The notes under the pieces are model-generated. The model did not search any database. It saw only the letters and a program-made list of their open reading frames with translations, and was not told the origin of the DNA. From Takakia lepidozioides (taxonomy: Eukaryota; Plantae; Bryophyta), in NCBI GenBank assembly GCA_030704615.1, contig CM060731.1, positions 27,032,001-27,096,000 of the forward strand: a DNA stretch of 64,000 nucleotides. The letters are read 5' to 3'. A program made the translations under genes and the position numbers. Within the stretch, counting starts at the first letter, position 1; each line of letters begins with the position of its first letter. Shown here in pieces: positions 11,758 to 23,406 of the stretch.

Positions 11758-12392
11758 CATAATTCTCCAATTATGGTCATCATCCTCGAGCAAACCATTT
11801 CCACATGAAAACTGTTGGAAGCCCTGCTGCAGAAAACCTTGCTACTCATCTTGCTACGATTCACAAGGAGTTTACATTCCACCTCGCAGAAGCTCAAAAA
11901 CAATACAAGGAGTATGCAGATCAACGTCGCCAACTCCAACCCTAGTTCAAGGTCGGAGATCGTATGTGGCTTCTTCGAAGATACATACAAACCTCGCGAC
12001 CATCAAAGAAGTTGGATTATCAACGTCTGGGACCATTCAAAATTATTCGACAAATAAATCCGGTCAGTTTTCGGCTTGAACTCCCACGAAGTATGCGCAT
12101 CCATCCAGTCTTTCATGTTTCACTATTGGAATTGTATCATCCATCGAATATTCTAGGGAGAGTTTCCGTACTACCTCCACCAATCGAAGTCAATTAGGAA
12201 ATTGAGTATTAAGTCCACGAAGTCCTAGATTCTCGCATCAAGTATAAACGTCTTGAGTATTTCGTACATTGGAAAGGCTACGACATCAACGAATAAACGT
12301 GAGAACCTTCATCCAACCTCGTGAATGCCTCTGATAAAGTCCAAGAGTTTCATCAACGATATCTAGTTAAGCCCCGAGCTGCACGTCAATAA
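11758..12392 (+). pseudogene. Family B integrase C-terminus and chromodomain (with stops)
   Basis: [45 protein letters not shown]. Inverted copy of about 14881-15510. Confidence 0.9.
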
Positions 12393-12538
12393 GACGTCAC
12401 AACGATGATGTCAGCCAAGCTAGCTTCAAAGAGAAGACTCGACATTCAATGTACCTGATACACGCTAGGGAGGGAGGAGCACCACACATCAGTATATATA
12501 GCTACACTTCCAGCATTCTTGCATCTTGTATTGACAGC

Positions 12539-12940
12539 ATGGAGTCACAAGAACCAGATACATTGGAGTTGTCGCTTACCCAACTACCAGATCAGCCGTT
12601 CCGACTCTCACGACCTTCAACATCACGCCGACGCTCTCGAGACGATGGGCCACCAATGCGACGCGTACTTCCTCGTCTGAACCCCGTACGACGGCAAGTA
12701 GAGCTTACTCGAAGTCTGATAATTCTGTTGGATGTTGAGGCTTCGGACCCAGAGGGCAACGAAATCATGTTTGAAGGCAGCTTCGAAAATCAGAATGCTC
12801 AAATTACTACGTGGTCCCAAGTTCAAGGTGTTGGACACTATCCATGGTTACAGGGACCTATAAATCATTTGAGTCAAGAACGAAGAGCCGAATACTTGGT
12901 AAGTAGCATTCGTCGGATTTTGGATTTTCTCCAACTCTAA
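12539..12940 (+). CDS. Family B extra 3' ORF (133 aa), unknown function, copy 1
   Basis: MESQEPDT...RRILDFLQL. TATATATA at 12493-12500. Lies between the pol stop and the PPT, and is open in both copies. Confidence 0.6.
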   Translation: MESQEPDTLELSLTQLPDQPFRLSRPSTSRRRSRDDGPPMRRVLPRLNPVRRQVELTRSLIILLDVEASDPEGNEIMFEGSFENQNAQITTWSQVQGVGHYPWLQGPINHLSQERRAEYLVSSIRRILDFLQL

Positions 12941-12995
12941 GCAAGTCCAAGATTTTACCGCTCCTCGAGGAACTTGGCGCTAGAGGAGGAGGTGA

Positions 12996-13646
12996 TGTCA
13001 CGGACATAGCCCAGAGGAACTTACGAGGAGTAAATACCAGAAGTTACCAAGTTATCATGTTACCGAAAGTTACCATGACTTACCGTGATTTATCATGATC
13101 TACCGTGATTTACCATTACTGACCAAGTTACCGGGAGTTTACCAAATTACCAAGAGTAACTTGGGAAATTACTCAGGAAACTTCCTTTGGAGGAAACTTC
13201 CCAATCAAGATGCCTCCTTTGTTTAAGGAAGCTTCTCCATCAAGAAACATTTGTTTAATCTTGGAAACTTCTCCAGCAAGAAACCTCCATAGGGGAAGCT
13301 TCTTAGGGAAGCTTCGTAGTAGCCAGTATATATAGGAGGCGAGACTGGACACTCTTCAGTCTCGCCAACACCAGTTCAAACTACTCTTGTTTCCAGTTCC
13401 CCGTACTCCAGTCGAGTTCCGAGTACTCTAGCCGAGTTTCCAGTATCTGGTGCTCCAGTCCAGTTTCCAGCATTCCAGTATTCAAGTCGTGTTCCAATAT
13501 CTTGTACTCTTGTTCATTGTTATAAAGATCGTCTTGATTCCTATTTACTCATCGTGCATTCGGCCACGCCGACTTGACTTCTTATTAAGCATTGTACCTC
13601 TAGTCTTATCTCTTGTTTATGTTCAGTCATGTTCTCGTCCTTGACA
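12996..13646 (+). repeat. Complete family B LTR (651 bp)
   Basis: TGTCACGG...CCTTGACA, with the PPT upstream, TATATATA at 13327-13334 and PBS-like GTTTGGCGAGA downstream. U3 is built from short TTACC-type repeats. Confidence 0.92.
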
Positions 13647-13662
13647 GTTTGGCGAGATGAAC

Positions 13663-14277
13663 TGTCAAGGACGAGAACATGACTGAACATAAATAAGAGA
13701 TCAGACTAGACAAGAAATCAAGGTTGGCGTGGCCGAATGCATGGTAGGTGAACATGAATCAAGATGATTTTTATAACAATGAACAAGAGTACAAAATACT
13801 GGAACTCGACTCGGATACTGGAATGCTGGAAATTGGACTGGAATACCAGATACTGGAAACTGGACTGGATACTGGAAGCTGGACTGGAGTACTGGACTTG
13901 GAATAAGAGTAGCTTGAACTTGTGTTGGCGAGACTGAAGAGTGTCCAGTCTCGCCTCCTATATATACTGGCTACTAAGAAGCTTCCCCAAGAAGCTTTCC
14001 CTATGGAGGTTTCTTGCTGGAGAAGTTTCCAAGATTAAACAAATGTTTCTTGATGGAGAAGCTTCCTTAAACAAAGAAGGTATCTTGATGGAGAAGTTTC
14101 CTCCAAATGAAGCTTCCTGAGTAGTTTCCCAAGTTACTCTTGGTAATTTGGTAAACTCCCGGTAACTTGATAAGTAATGGTAAATCACGATAAGTCATGA
14201 TAATTTTCGGTAACATGGTAACTTGATAACTTCTAGTATTTACTCCTGGTAAGTTCCTCTGGGCTTTGTCCGTGACA
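13663..14277 (-). repeat. Family B LTR, inverted copy
   Basis: Reverse complement of 12996-13646 with small deletions. PPT at 14278-14292. Confidence 0.92.
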
Positions 14278-14332
14278 TCACCCCCTCCTCTAGCGCCGAG
14301 TTCCTCGAGGAGCGGTAAAATCTTGGACTTGC

Positions 14333-14734
14333 TTAGAATTGGAGAAAATCCAAAATCCGACGAATGCTACTTGCCAAGTATTCGGCTCTTCGTTCTTGAC
14401 TCAAATGATGTATAGGTCCATGTAACCATCGATAGTGTCTAACACCTTGAACTTGGGACCATGCAGTAATTTCAGCATTCTGATTTTCGAAGCTGCCTTC
14501 AAACACGATTTCGTTGTCATCTGGGTCTAAAGCCTCAACCTCCAACAGAATTATCAGACTTGGAGTAGGCTCCAGTTGCCGTCGTACGGGGTCTAGACGA
14601 GGAAGTACACGTCGCATTGGTGGCCCAATGCCTCGAGAGCGTTGGCGTGATGTTGAAAGTCGTGAGAGTCGGAACGGCTGATCTGGTAGTTGGGTAAACG
14701 ACAACTCAAATGTATCTGGTTCTTGTGACTCCAT
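14333..14734 (-). CDS. Family B extra 3' ORF (133 aa), copy 2
   Basis: MESQEPDTFEL...RRILDFLQF. Same length and colinear with copy 1, with a TATA upstream. Confidence 0.6.
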   Translation of the reverse strand: MESQEPDTFELSFTQLPDQPFRLSRLSTSRQRSRGIGPPMRRVLPRLDPVRRQLEPTPSLIILLEVEALDPDDNEIVFEGSFENQNAEITAWSQVQGVRHYRWLHGPIHHLSQERRAEYLASSIRRILDFLQF

Positions 14735-14880
14735 GCTGCCAATATAAGATGCAAGAATGCTGGAAGTGTAGCTATATATACTGATGTGTGGTACTCCTCC
14801 CTCTTTAGCGTGTATCAGGTACATTGAATGTGGAGTCTTCTCCTTGAAACTAGCTTGGCTGATATCATCGTTGTGACGTC

Positions 14881-16014
14881 TCATTGACGTGCAGCTCGGG
14901 GCTTAGCTGGATATCGTTGATGAAACTCTTGGACTTTGTCAGAGGCATTCACGAGGTTGGATGAAGGTTCCCACGTTCGTTCGCTGATGTCGTAACCTTT
15001 CCAATGTACGAAATACTCAAGACGTTTATACTTGATGCGAGAGTCTAGGACTTCGTCGACTTTATACTCAATTTTCTGATTGACTTCGATTGGTGGAGGT
15101 ATTACGGAAACTCTCCCTGGAATATTCGATGGATGATACAACTTCAATAATGAAACATGAAAGACTGGATGGATGCGCATACTTCGTGGGAGTTCAAGCC
15201 GAAAACTGACCGGATTTATTTGTCGAATAATTTTGAATGGTCCCAGGCGTCGATAATCCAACTTCTTTGATGGTCGCGAGGTTTGTATGTCTCGTCGAAG
15301 AAGCCACACACGATCTCTGACCTTGAACTGGGGTTGGAGTTGACGACGTTGATCTGCATACTCCTTGTATTGTTTTTTAGCTTCTGCGAGGTGGGATGTA
15401 AGCTCCTTGTGAATCGTAGCAAGATGAGTAGCAAGGTTTTCTACAGCAGGGCTTCCAACAGTTTTCATGTGGAAATGGTTTGCTCGAGGATGATGACCAT
15501 AATTGAAGAAAAATGGAGTTTGCTTGGTCGAAGAATGTATAGTGTTGTTGTAGGCAAACTCAGCCAATGACAGAAGGTCCGTCCAATTATCTTGGTGATA
15601 ATTTATCGTACAGCAAAAATACTGCTCCAAAATCTGGTTAACACGTTCGGTTTGACCATCAGTCTGTGGATGATTAGCTGTAGAGAGGTTGATCTTAGTA
15701 TCCAATATGTGAAATGATTCCCTCCAGAAATTTGATATGAACTGTGGTCCTCGATAAGATACGATATCCTTCGGGAGTCCATGAATGCAGTAGATATTAT
15801 TGAGGAAGAGTCTTATAGTTTCCTCGCCGGTAACCGTCTTATTACATGGAATGAAATGTGTCATCTTCGTAAAACGATCTACAATAACAATGATTGAATC
15901 GGTGGTCTTGGAAATTGGAAGGTCCGTAATAAAGTCCATAGACACGGACGACCATGGACCCTTGGGAATGGATAATGGTTGAAGAAGGCCGTAAGGTCGA
16001 TGTCGTGGTCCCTT
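14881..16014 (-). pseudogene. Family B integrase core and chromodomain (5'-truncated; second catalytic Asp mutated to Tyr)
   Basis: PWSSVSMDFITDLP, VDRFTKM, IVSYRG (normally SDRG), HPQTDGQTERVNQ, YKVDEVLDSR...YFVHWKGYDISERTWEP. Confidence 0.92.
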
Positions 16015-16080
16015 CGACAAATAAATCCGGTCAGTTTTCGGCTTGAACTCCCACGAAGTATGCGTATCCATCCAGTCTTT

Positions 16081-17380
16081 TGATTTTGTGAGCATGTCAT
16101 CCACAATGTTTTTCATTGTAGCTTCTGTTCGATAAGGAAATTTCTCTCCAATGCTTTTTAATTTGTCTTTTGGGCATAGACACATGCTGCAGGGAAATTG
16201 ACACAGGTTTGTGTCATATGTGGCAGTAACCTGCAAAAGAGAGAAAAAGATTCAAATATGTATATTAAAGTAGGAAGTTCAACAAAAATTGTCTGGAATT
16301 TTCAGTGGAAGGAGGATTTTGAAAGTCACCTTGCATCCCTCTGGATGGTCACAAACGTAGGCATATAGAAGTGGAAATACCCACTGTTCTTCACCAAAAA
16401 GGTCTAACAAAGGTAGACCACTGCAACCAACAAACAAGATAAAATCATTCTTAGTCCAATCCATGTCTCCTTTAAGTCCTAACCTTCACTTTACACCTAT
16501 TTGATCCAAAAAGACAATTGAGCTAACAAAAAGGTTTCGAACCTGTAACTGGCCTTCTTCAATTGTTCCAGGATGTGTCCGAGACACTCATGAAAAATTT
16601 GCAGTCTTCGTTCATGTGATACATCAGTCGTTGACAGAACAGGTAAAACAACAAGCAACAAATGCCCTTCATCCAAACCTCTATCCTCGCAGGCAATGTT
16701 CCCAATTGTCATCACTAAGGGATAACCAGTCACCCTTCCATCATTAGAGAGGGTTGTTTGGTGATCAAAGGAGCTATTACTCCTCCAGGACACATTATAT
16801 GGTGCTGCATAAAAAACACATAAAATATGAGAATAAATTAGCCTCTTACTTTTCAAAAGAACAAGCATCAAGTCCATGCATCGAGTCATCCCAGGAATGT
16901 AGAACAATTTTTGGCATCAAAAAATCTAATTTGTACAAATCCAGACCTCCAAAATTGCAGATGAACGTACTTGCATGGCATCCCACCATAGAGCACTGTT
17001 TGGGGTAGAAAACTTGGAACCAGCTTTATTGGGTTCCATGAGTGGAACCATTTGAAAACCATCTGCAATTTTGGGGGACGAAAACAAAGATGCCAAACCC
17101 TCAATAGGATCTCGGTAGTGCATAACCCGACCAATATCTCCCTCCTCAATATGAACCACATGCTCAAACCAGCCATCTTCTTTTTTAAAGAGTCTCCCCT
17201 CATATTTGTCAACATTAGCTGCAGACCTCAGAGTAATTTCTTCCAATTTGAATGAAGGATGAAACAAAACCTCACTGAAAAGTAGATTTATATCTTTGTT
17301 TGACAATCCAATCTTGTTTTTGCAATTTCTAATCCAATGCACAAGAGAGAATGTAGACTCATAATGGGGAATGGGATCTT
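16081..17380 (-). pseudogene. Plavaka-type (CACTA/EnSpm-related) transposase, intron-containing, truncated by the retroelement
   Basis: Across at least 4 exons: HYRDPIEGLASLF...WWDAMQ | ...GYPLVMTIGNI...R...IFHECLGHILEQLKKA | VFPLLYAYVCDHPEGCKV | FPCSMCLCPKDKL...YRT. This is the motif order I recall for Plavaka transposases. Confidence 0.7.
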
Positions 17381-18899
17381 CCTCAATGGGGGGTGAACAA
17401 AAATCAAGCTCTACTGGAAGGCCCTCAATATTAGAAGGTTGGTCAAGTAGTGTGAAAAGATTCTGAACCCTTGGGGAGTCAACAAGAGGTGTAGGAGCTG
17501 GCCTCTTCTCTCAGCTCATGTGATCTACAAGCTACACTTTTCTGGTCTGCTAGAAGTGCAGATTTGTGAGCAAAGTTGATAGCTCCACATCGGGAGCAGT
17601 TGAAAGGCCCACTATCCATTACGTTCCCGCATTTGGCATCACCAAGGGAAATCTCCAAAATGGTACAGAATGGTCTTATGCAATAGTGAGAGGTTCAACA
17701 AAATGTGGACAGACTCTTCAGTTGTCTATGCCCACATACTGTAGTCATATGCCCACAAGTGCCATGAGAGATCTTGTGGACTCCCTCTCGACCTCTTTGA
17801 GAAGCAGTGGTGACGTTGGAGGTGCCTAGTTCAATCAATTTCTGGCCGCCAATCAGGCTCTTCAGTACCAGTTGGGTCTTCAAGCAGCTCAGCCTGAACA
17901 TCCAGCAGAGAGCATGTAGTTAACTGCTCTACTGACTCCTTAACACGTCAATCTTTTCAGTAATCCAAATTGCATTGCACGAAAGAGGAGCAAGTGTTAA
18001 AAAGCTTGTACCTTAAAAACAGTTAAGAATCAATCCTGCTTTGCAATGCAAGAAGCCTGGCTGGTCTATAGTTTTGTCCCGTATGTATATGAGAGGAGTA
18101 ACATACCACATAGTGGGTCAGCCTTCTCAGCGGGAACACGCATCACATCACATCAACCTCTGATGTTGCCCCATTAAGGCTTCCAGTTCCAGCATTTGCC
18201 ATCTCCAAGGCAAGAGAAGCTCTTTGCAAGAGAACTCTGACAACAGACCCAAAGGAGAGAGAAGAGACTTGTCAGAGAACAGCACATAAGCAAACAAAGA
18301 AACTGAACAACCTTAACTGCAGCCCTGTTCTTAGAGAGTCAATTGGAGAGTTTTTTTGAGACATTTCAACAAGTTCTTGAAGAGCAGAGGCCGATTGCTA
18401 TGACTTTCAACTTTATAAGTTCCCAACAGAGGGTGTAACCTAATGAGTTTCTGTCAACTTCCCAGGAAGGTAACCCGATGACTAAACCAGGAGTCATCCT
18501 ATTCAACCAGGGTAAAGAAACAAAGGAAGGACCTCCAAAGCTCCCATTGGGTCAACGTGAATGAGCACATGTCTTCCACAGTTCCTCTCTAGCACACAGA
18601 TAGTGCAGTGTCCCTGGGTCAGCCACATGTCACATCTGTGTATGATATCATACACCCTACATCACTAGTAGTGCTGCAATACATGGTATGTTTTCTTCAT
18701 GTGAGCCCTGAATTCAGCACTAGCATTCTGTAACTCGAGTATCATCGGCTGTGTGCAGGCATTATAGCAATACATCAATTACCGGGCCTGGTTTGTTGAG
18801 ACTCCCGGCCATCTCCAAGCCTTGGCATACCCTTGGAGGGGCACGTAGTCCAAGGGCAACAAGGGTATGCCTAAGCCAGCATTTCAGAGCGAACTCTCA

Positions 18900-20325
18900 A
18901 TGAGTATTTTTCCTCTCTTGCCCCTTTCCAATTACTCCCAAGCAGCTAAAGCTAAACATTATGAACAGACGGGATCCATCTGATCCATAGTGAAGCCAAT
19001 GCCACTAATGAGATTACTGTTACCGCTGACCGCAAAGATGGCCCTGGGTTTGTAATCTACATAGTAGCCAAACCAGCCAGGAACTTTTGAGGTGCGGTTC
19101 AGAGAGCAGAGAAGTCCAGCAAATCGGGAGATCACCAATCACAGTATTCCAGCCAAGAGCCACCCGTCTGCTAGAAAACATACTTCAGATTGTTTTGAGA
19201 TCAGAGTTATCTGTTTGCTTTCTGGCAAACCTAATCCTGTTCCCCCCATTGAGCTACCTCACTACATTCGTTCATTTTGTTGGTTCCTGTTGGCTCCCTT
19301 AAAAGTTGCTGCAGTTTGACCCTGGCGAATGGTCTTGGTTGAATAAGGAGATTGAGCAGCTGTTTCAGCCAAAACAAAGGAGTCTGAGGCATCATCCCAA
19401 AAATGCAGGAGGTGCGCCAGACCTGCAACTTCCCATTCCGCCCAACGCTTAGAACAAGTAATCAAAGCATCAGAGTCACAATTAAAATTACCAAACAAGG
19501 GTTGTCTCATAACTTCACTGAATGAGGAGGGGATAGAAAGGGGCAGAGCTTGCACCATGCCAACCAGATAGACTGCCAGGCCTTCGAACCCAACCCCAGG
19601 TTCACGTTGGAGTTGCCTCCTTGCACAGTCCACCTCAAAGAATTAGACCACTTCGAGCTGGTTCGGGGCGTTGCAGCCAGCAGGTGATTACGAACCAGAC
19701 GACTCCAGGGGCTGGAGAGGTGAGTCAAGACTCTGGGGACCCATTTAGCCAGAAGCACAGTGATCTGCGTTTGTGGATCCAAAACCCCAAATCCTCCATT
19801 CTTCTTGCTTTGACATAGCTGGTCCCAGCTGACCAAAGCTCTTTTGTTCGGGGAGGAAGGTGAGGTCCCCCAAATAAAGTTCATCATCAAGGAGTTGATC
19901 TTCTTAATAATTAGAGAGTCAGGAGACCAAACAGAGGACACGAACCACAGGGAAGCAAGAAGAACTTGGTTAACAATCAACGCTCTACCCACAACAGTAA
20001 GATGCAAGGAACTCCAATGGGAGAGCTTCTTCTTTAATTTAGACAGAACTGACAAAAAGCGGGTGTCATCATCCAGATTACTCCCAATCAAATGGCCCAA
20101 CAGTTCATGAGACTCACCTTCCGCCAACCATCTTAAGCCAAAGTCAGCACCCCAAGGGTCAGAGTGCTGAGCTGAAGGGTCGGACAATTGGCTTAACAAC
20201 CCAACAGATTTCTTCCAATTAATCTTCAGCCCTGATGCTCCACAAAAGGCTTCTAAGGGAAGAGTGAACGTTAGAAGTCAAAGAATTGTCAATGAAAAGA
20301 GAGGTGTCATCAGCGTAGACCATCA
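18900..20325 (-). mobile_element. L1/Tx1-clade LINE ORF2 remnant (RT C-half and downstream region)
   Basis: VYADDT, ELLGHLIG, KLSHWSSLHLTVVGRALIVNQVLLASLWF, LVSWDQLCQSKKNGGFGVLD. The 3' boundary is approximate. Confidence 0.85.
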
Positions 20326-20359
20326 GATGGCCCAAACCGTCTGCTGCAACGAGAAAATT

Positions 20360-20466
20360 GTGAGCACAAATAGCACAATCCAGTACAGTAGGAGAATGGG
20401 CCAGAACACTGGCACATAAAAGATCACGAAGAAAGTCAGGCTGAAGGCAACAAGAAATGTCTTTTT
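20360..20466 (-). pseudogene. RER1: Isolated fragment of a RER1 (ER retrieval receptor) coding sequence
   Basis: [35 protein letters not shown] matches the Rer1 signature F(D)[15 protein letters not shown]. Confidence 0.75.
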
Positions 20467-22221
20467 TAGTGGATCCCTGTTTCCCCGCCATATCCACAGC
20501 CCGTGTCCATGACATGTTAGGAAACGAGTGCACAATATGTGGAAGCTTGGGGATCAAATGTGTGGAAGACGTGTATGGGGTACAATCCCCTTGTGCTTCT
20601 ATCAGCACCTTGGGGAACCCACAGGGAAGTTCATTGTAGCTCAAGTTATCACTGATATCTGTGCTGGCAGCACTGTTCCAAAACCTAGGGTAACTCAAGT
20701 TGGAGAGCCGAAACTTATTCAGAAGCCATGGGCTGGGCCGGGATGTCCCTACATATCCTCCAAAGCCAGAACACAGGACAACTTGAAGACTCGATGAAGA
20801 CTATTGTAATAAGTATAAGATTAGTTGCTTGGCCTAGGTGCTTGGCCTTCCATGAGACAACTTCTGTCAGCGTCCTCCGACTACATAGACCCTAAGAGAC
20901 GTCGGTTGTCTCCTAAGTGATTCTAAGACTCGGTTGCAGCTATATCGAAGTTTTGGCCCCACTGAGCAGACACTGCTATGATATTTTCTTTTTTTTTACT
21001 ATTTTTAGTCGGCGTTGATGTGGTGTTGATACATACATGGCTTGCTCGACATTGAATCGATACAAGCACAATTGATTGAATTGTAGCAACATAGGGTTAA
21101 AATAACATCCGCGCCCGGCGTTGATTTGGTGTAGAATTAGTGTTCATTCATTTTTAGCTTTCTCAATTTCAAGTCAATTGTTAGATTGATTTTTGTGTTG
21201 TGTCAATATTGTATCTGGTGTTTCATAGATGAAATTTGGCATCAGAGTTGAAAAAGTGTTGATTTTCCAGCCATTGATTCATTGCTCTATTTGCGTTAAA
21301 TCATACATCATTGAATATGCACAAGTTAAACATCATTCTACTGAATATTTAATTTTGTTCTTTGTAAGGTTTGAGGCTACATTGACTTAACTTTGATTCT
21401 AGTAGTAGGTAATTTTCAGATGTTCTTTCATTTTCCTTCTTTCTCTCGGTGGCATGCGTTCGTTAGGTGGTCTTCTCGTCTTCTCTTTGTCTTCCCTTGC
21501 CTTCATTTTCTCCACCATCCTTCACTTGTGCACTGGTTTGATCTCAATGCTGCTTCTAAAGTCCCGAGTATTCTCGCTGGGATTCGTCTTTTATTTTAGC
21601 TAGTTCTGTCTCTTGTCTTTTCCACATTTAGAGCACATTTTGCATCTATAGTGACTGTAGAAGGTCGAAACATTCTTTCTGTGTATCTCTAAGCTATCTT
21701 TAAAAGTGAGTGCGATAAGTTTATTTTATTTTTTCGGTGCATCTTTGATACTGTGTCAGCGGTGTAAACTCTGATTTAGCTGCTGTAGAGAGGTTGCATT
21801 CGTTAAGTTCTGAAATCGAGTGGTTGACTGTCTAGAGTGCATCTTCATGGGCATATACTCGCGCAAGGTTTCAGGGGGGCGTGGAAGGGTTAAGGCGTCG
21901 AACCGATACTGTTCCAACTGCGATTCCCGGTGCACCTTATGGTTTCCAGCTGTTGTAGGACAGATTCCTTATTTAAGCTTGGCAATCCAAGACGTCGAGA
22001 CGGACCCAGAAGGTCTGTGGTGTGCCGTGGGTTTGCTAAGGCGTTGAATCCTTATTGTTGAGACTTCGATTCCCCGGCGATACCGGCTCTATTGATTGTC
22101 CATCTGTCTTGGTACAATACCTTTTTTAGCAAAGATTGGGAGGGACTGAGAAAGAAAACGAACAGAGCCAATAGAGGAAACCCTCTCAGATCTGAGCTTT
22201 AAGATCTCAAAAGTTGTGGCT

Positions 22222-23406
22222 ATGGCTGGCCTGCATTATGCGGAAACAGAGATGAAGCAAGGCAATAAACAGCAGACTGACACCGCAGCCGGCATTCCTT
22301 ATGGATATCCCCCTTCCCGTGCGCACAATGTTGGGTATCTACATGCTTATGGGCAACCAAGGATAACCGCACCCTCTCAGCAGGCACCTCTGCAGTACTG
22401 CACAACCAAATCCGTATCAAGCAGGAATGAGACCTCCAAATGCCATCTATGGACCGCCACCAGCAGGGATAGGGTCGCAAGATACTTTCTTTGGGGATAC
22501 TCCGGCCCCTTTTGAGTGCCCTCACTGTGGAAAACCTGGCGTTACTTCTGTAAAGTGAGTTTCTGATGCTGTTTTTCTGCTTCTACGATCTTTAATTCTG
22601 ATCTTGTCTTAATTGGTTTCTGTTGTTTTGTACATGTTGATATTTGTATGCATTTGCACAACTTCCGCAGCGGCATTCCAGGGCAAGCTTGAACCTATGC
22701 AAGTGCTGTTGAGTTCTATGTTCAGGACCTCTAAAGATTATCACGGGACTTTTGGTCATGAAGAGAGGGGTTGGGGCAGCAAGATCTGAAGAGATAGAGT
22801 ATAGCATTAACCAACACTGCGCTCTTCACTCAGGACCTGAATTTCCTTGCTGTGGATAAGTAGGTGGAAAAGTGGGAATATGGTGGGACTACATGTTGCA
22901 AGCCTGATTGCAGGTCAACACTAAGCCTCGCAGCGTGGATTGCCTGTATGTTGTCAGTGGTGGGCATCTGCTTCCTTTGTCGAACCTGGGACTGCCTCTG
23001 GCACAAACAGCACTTTTGTGAAAATTGTGGACAGAAGGTACCACCTTACATCTTCCCACTCTGCACCACTTTCAAGAGCTTTCTTAAGGTCCCAGGAAAT
23101 GTAATTATAAAGTGGACTACCAGCTTTCTCTTAGTGTTCTCTTGTTCTGGGCAGTTCACTTAGACAACATCATACCGTGATTTTCTACTCCAGGTTTTCC
23201 AAAAAGGAATACTTGATTGTGCTATCATGGCAGAGTCTCTCAGCTCCTCTGTCCCCTCTCACCAGTTCAGAGTGGTGTACCCATGTGTTGAAGTGAAAAC
23301 TAACATCTTTGTTGGGTGCCAGGTAGCTGATTTTAAAAAGTCAGACCCATGTTTGGTGGTGGATCCGCAACAATGGACACAACCAAGTTTTGCTGTTCCA
23401 GCTTAA
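22222..23406 (+). CDS. GILP: GSH-induced LITAF-domain protein (GILP-like); exons 22222-22554, 22914-23037, 23323-23406; apparent frameshift near 22399
   Basis: PNPYQAGMRPPNAIYG...DTPAPFECPHCG / CFLCRTWDCLWHKQHFCENCGQK / VADFKKSDPCLVVDPQQWTQPSFAVPA*. GT-AG introns in compatible phases. Confidence 0.88.

Noticed and set aside
20470-20520. SAM-binding-like peptide [10 protein letters not shown] on the minus strand
   Set aside because: Bounded by stops within about 17 codons, with no other methyltransferase motifs nearby.
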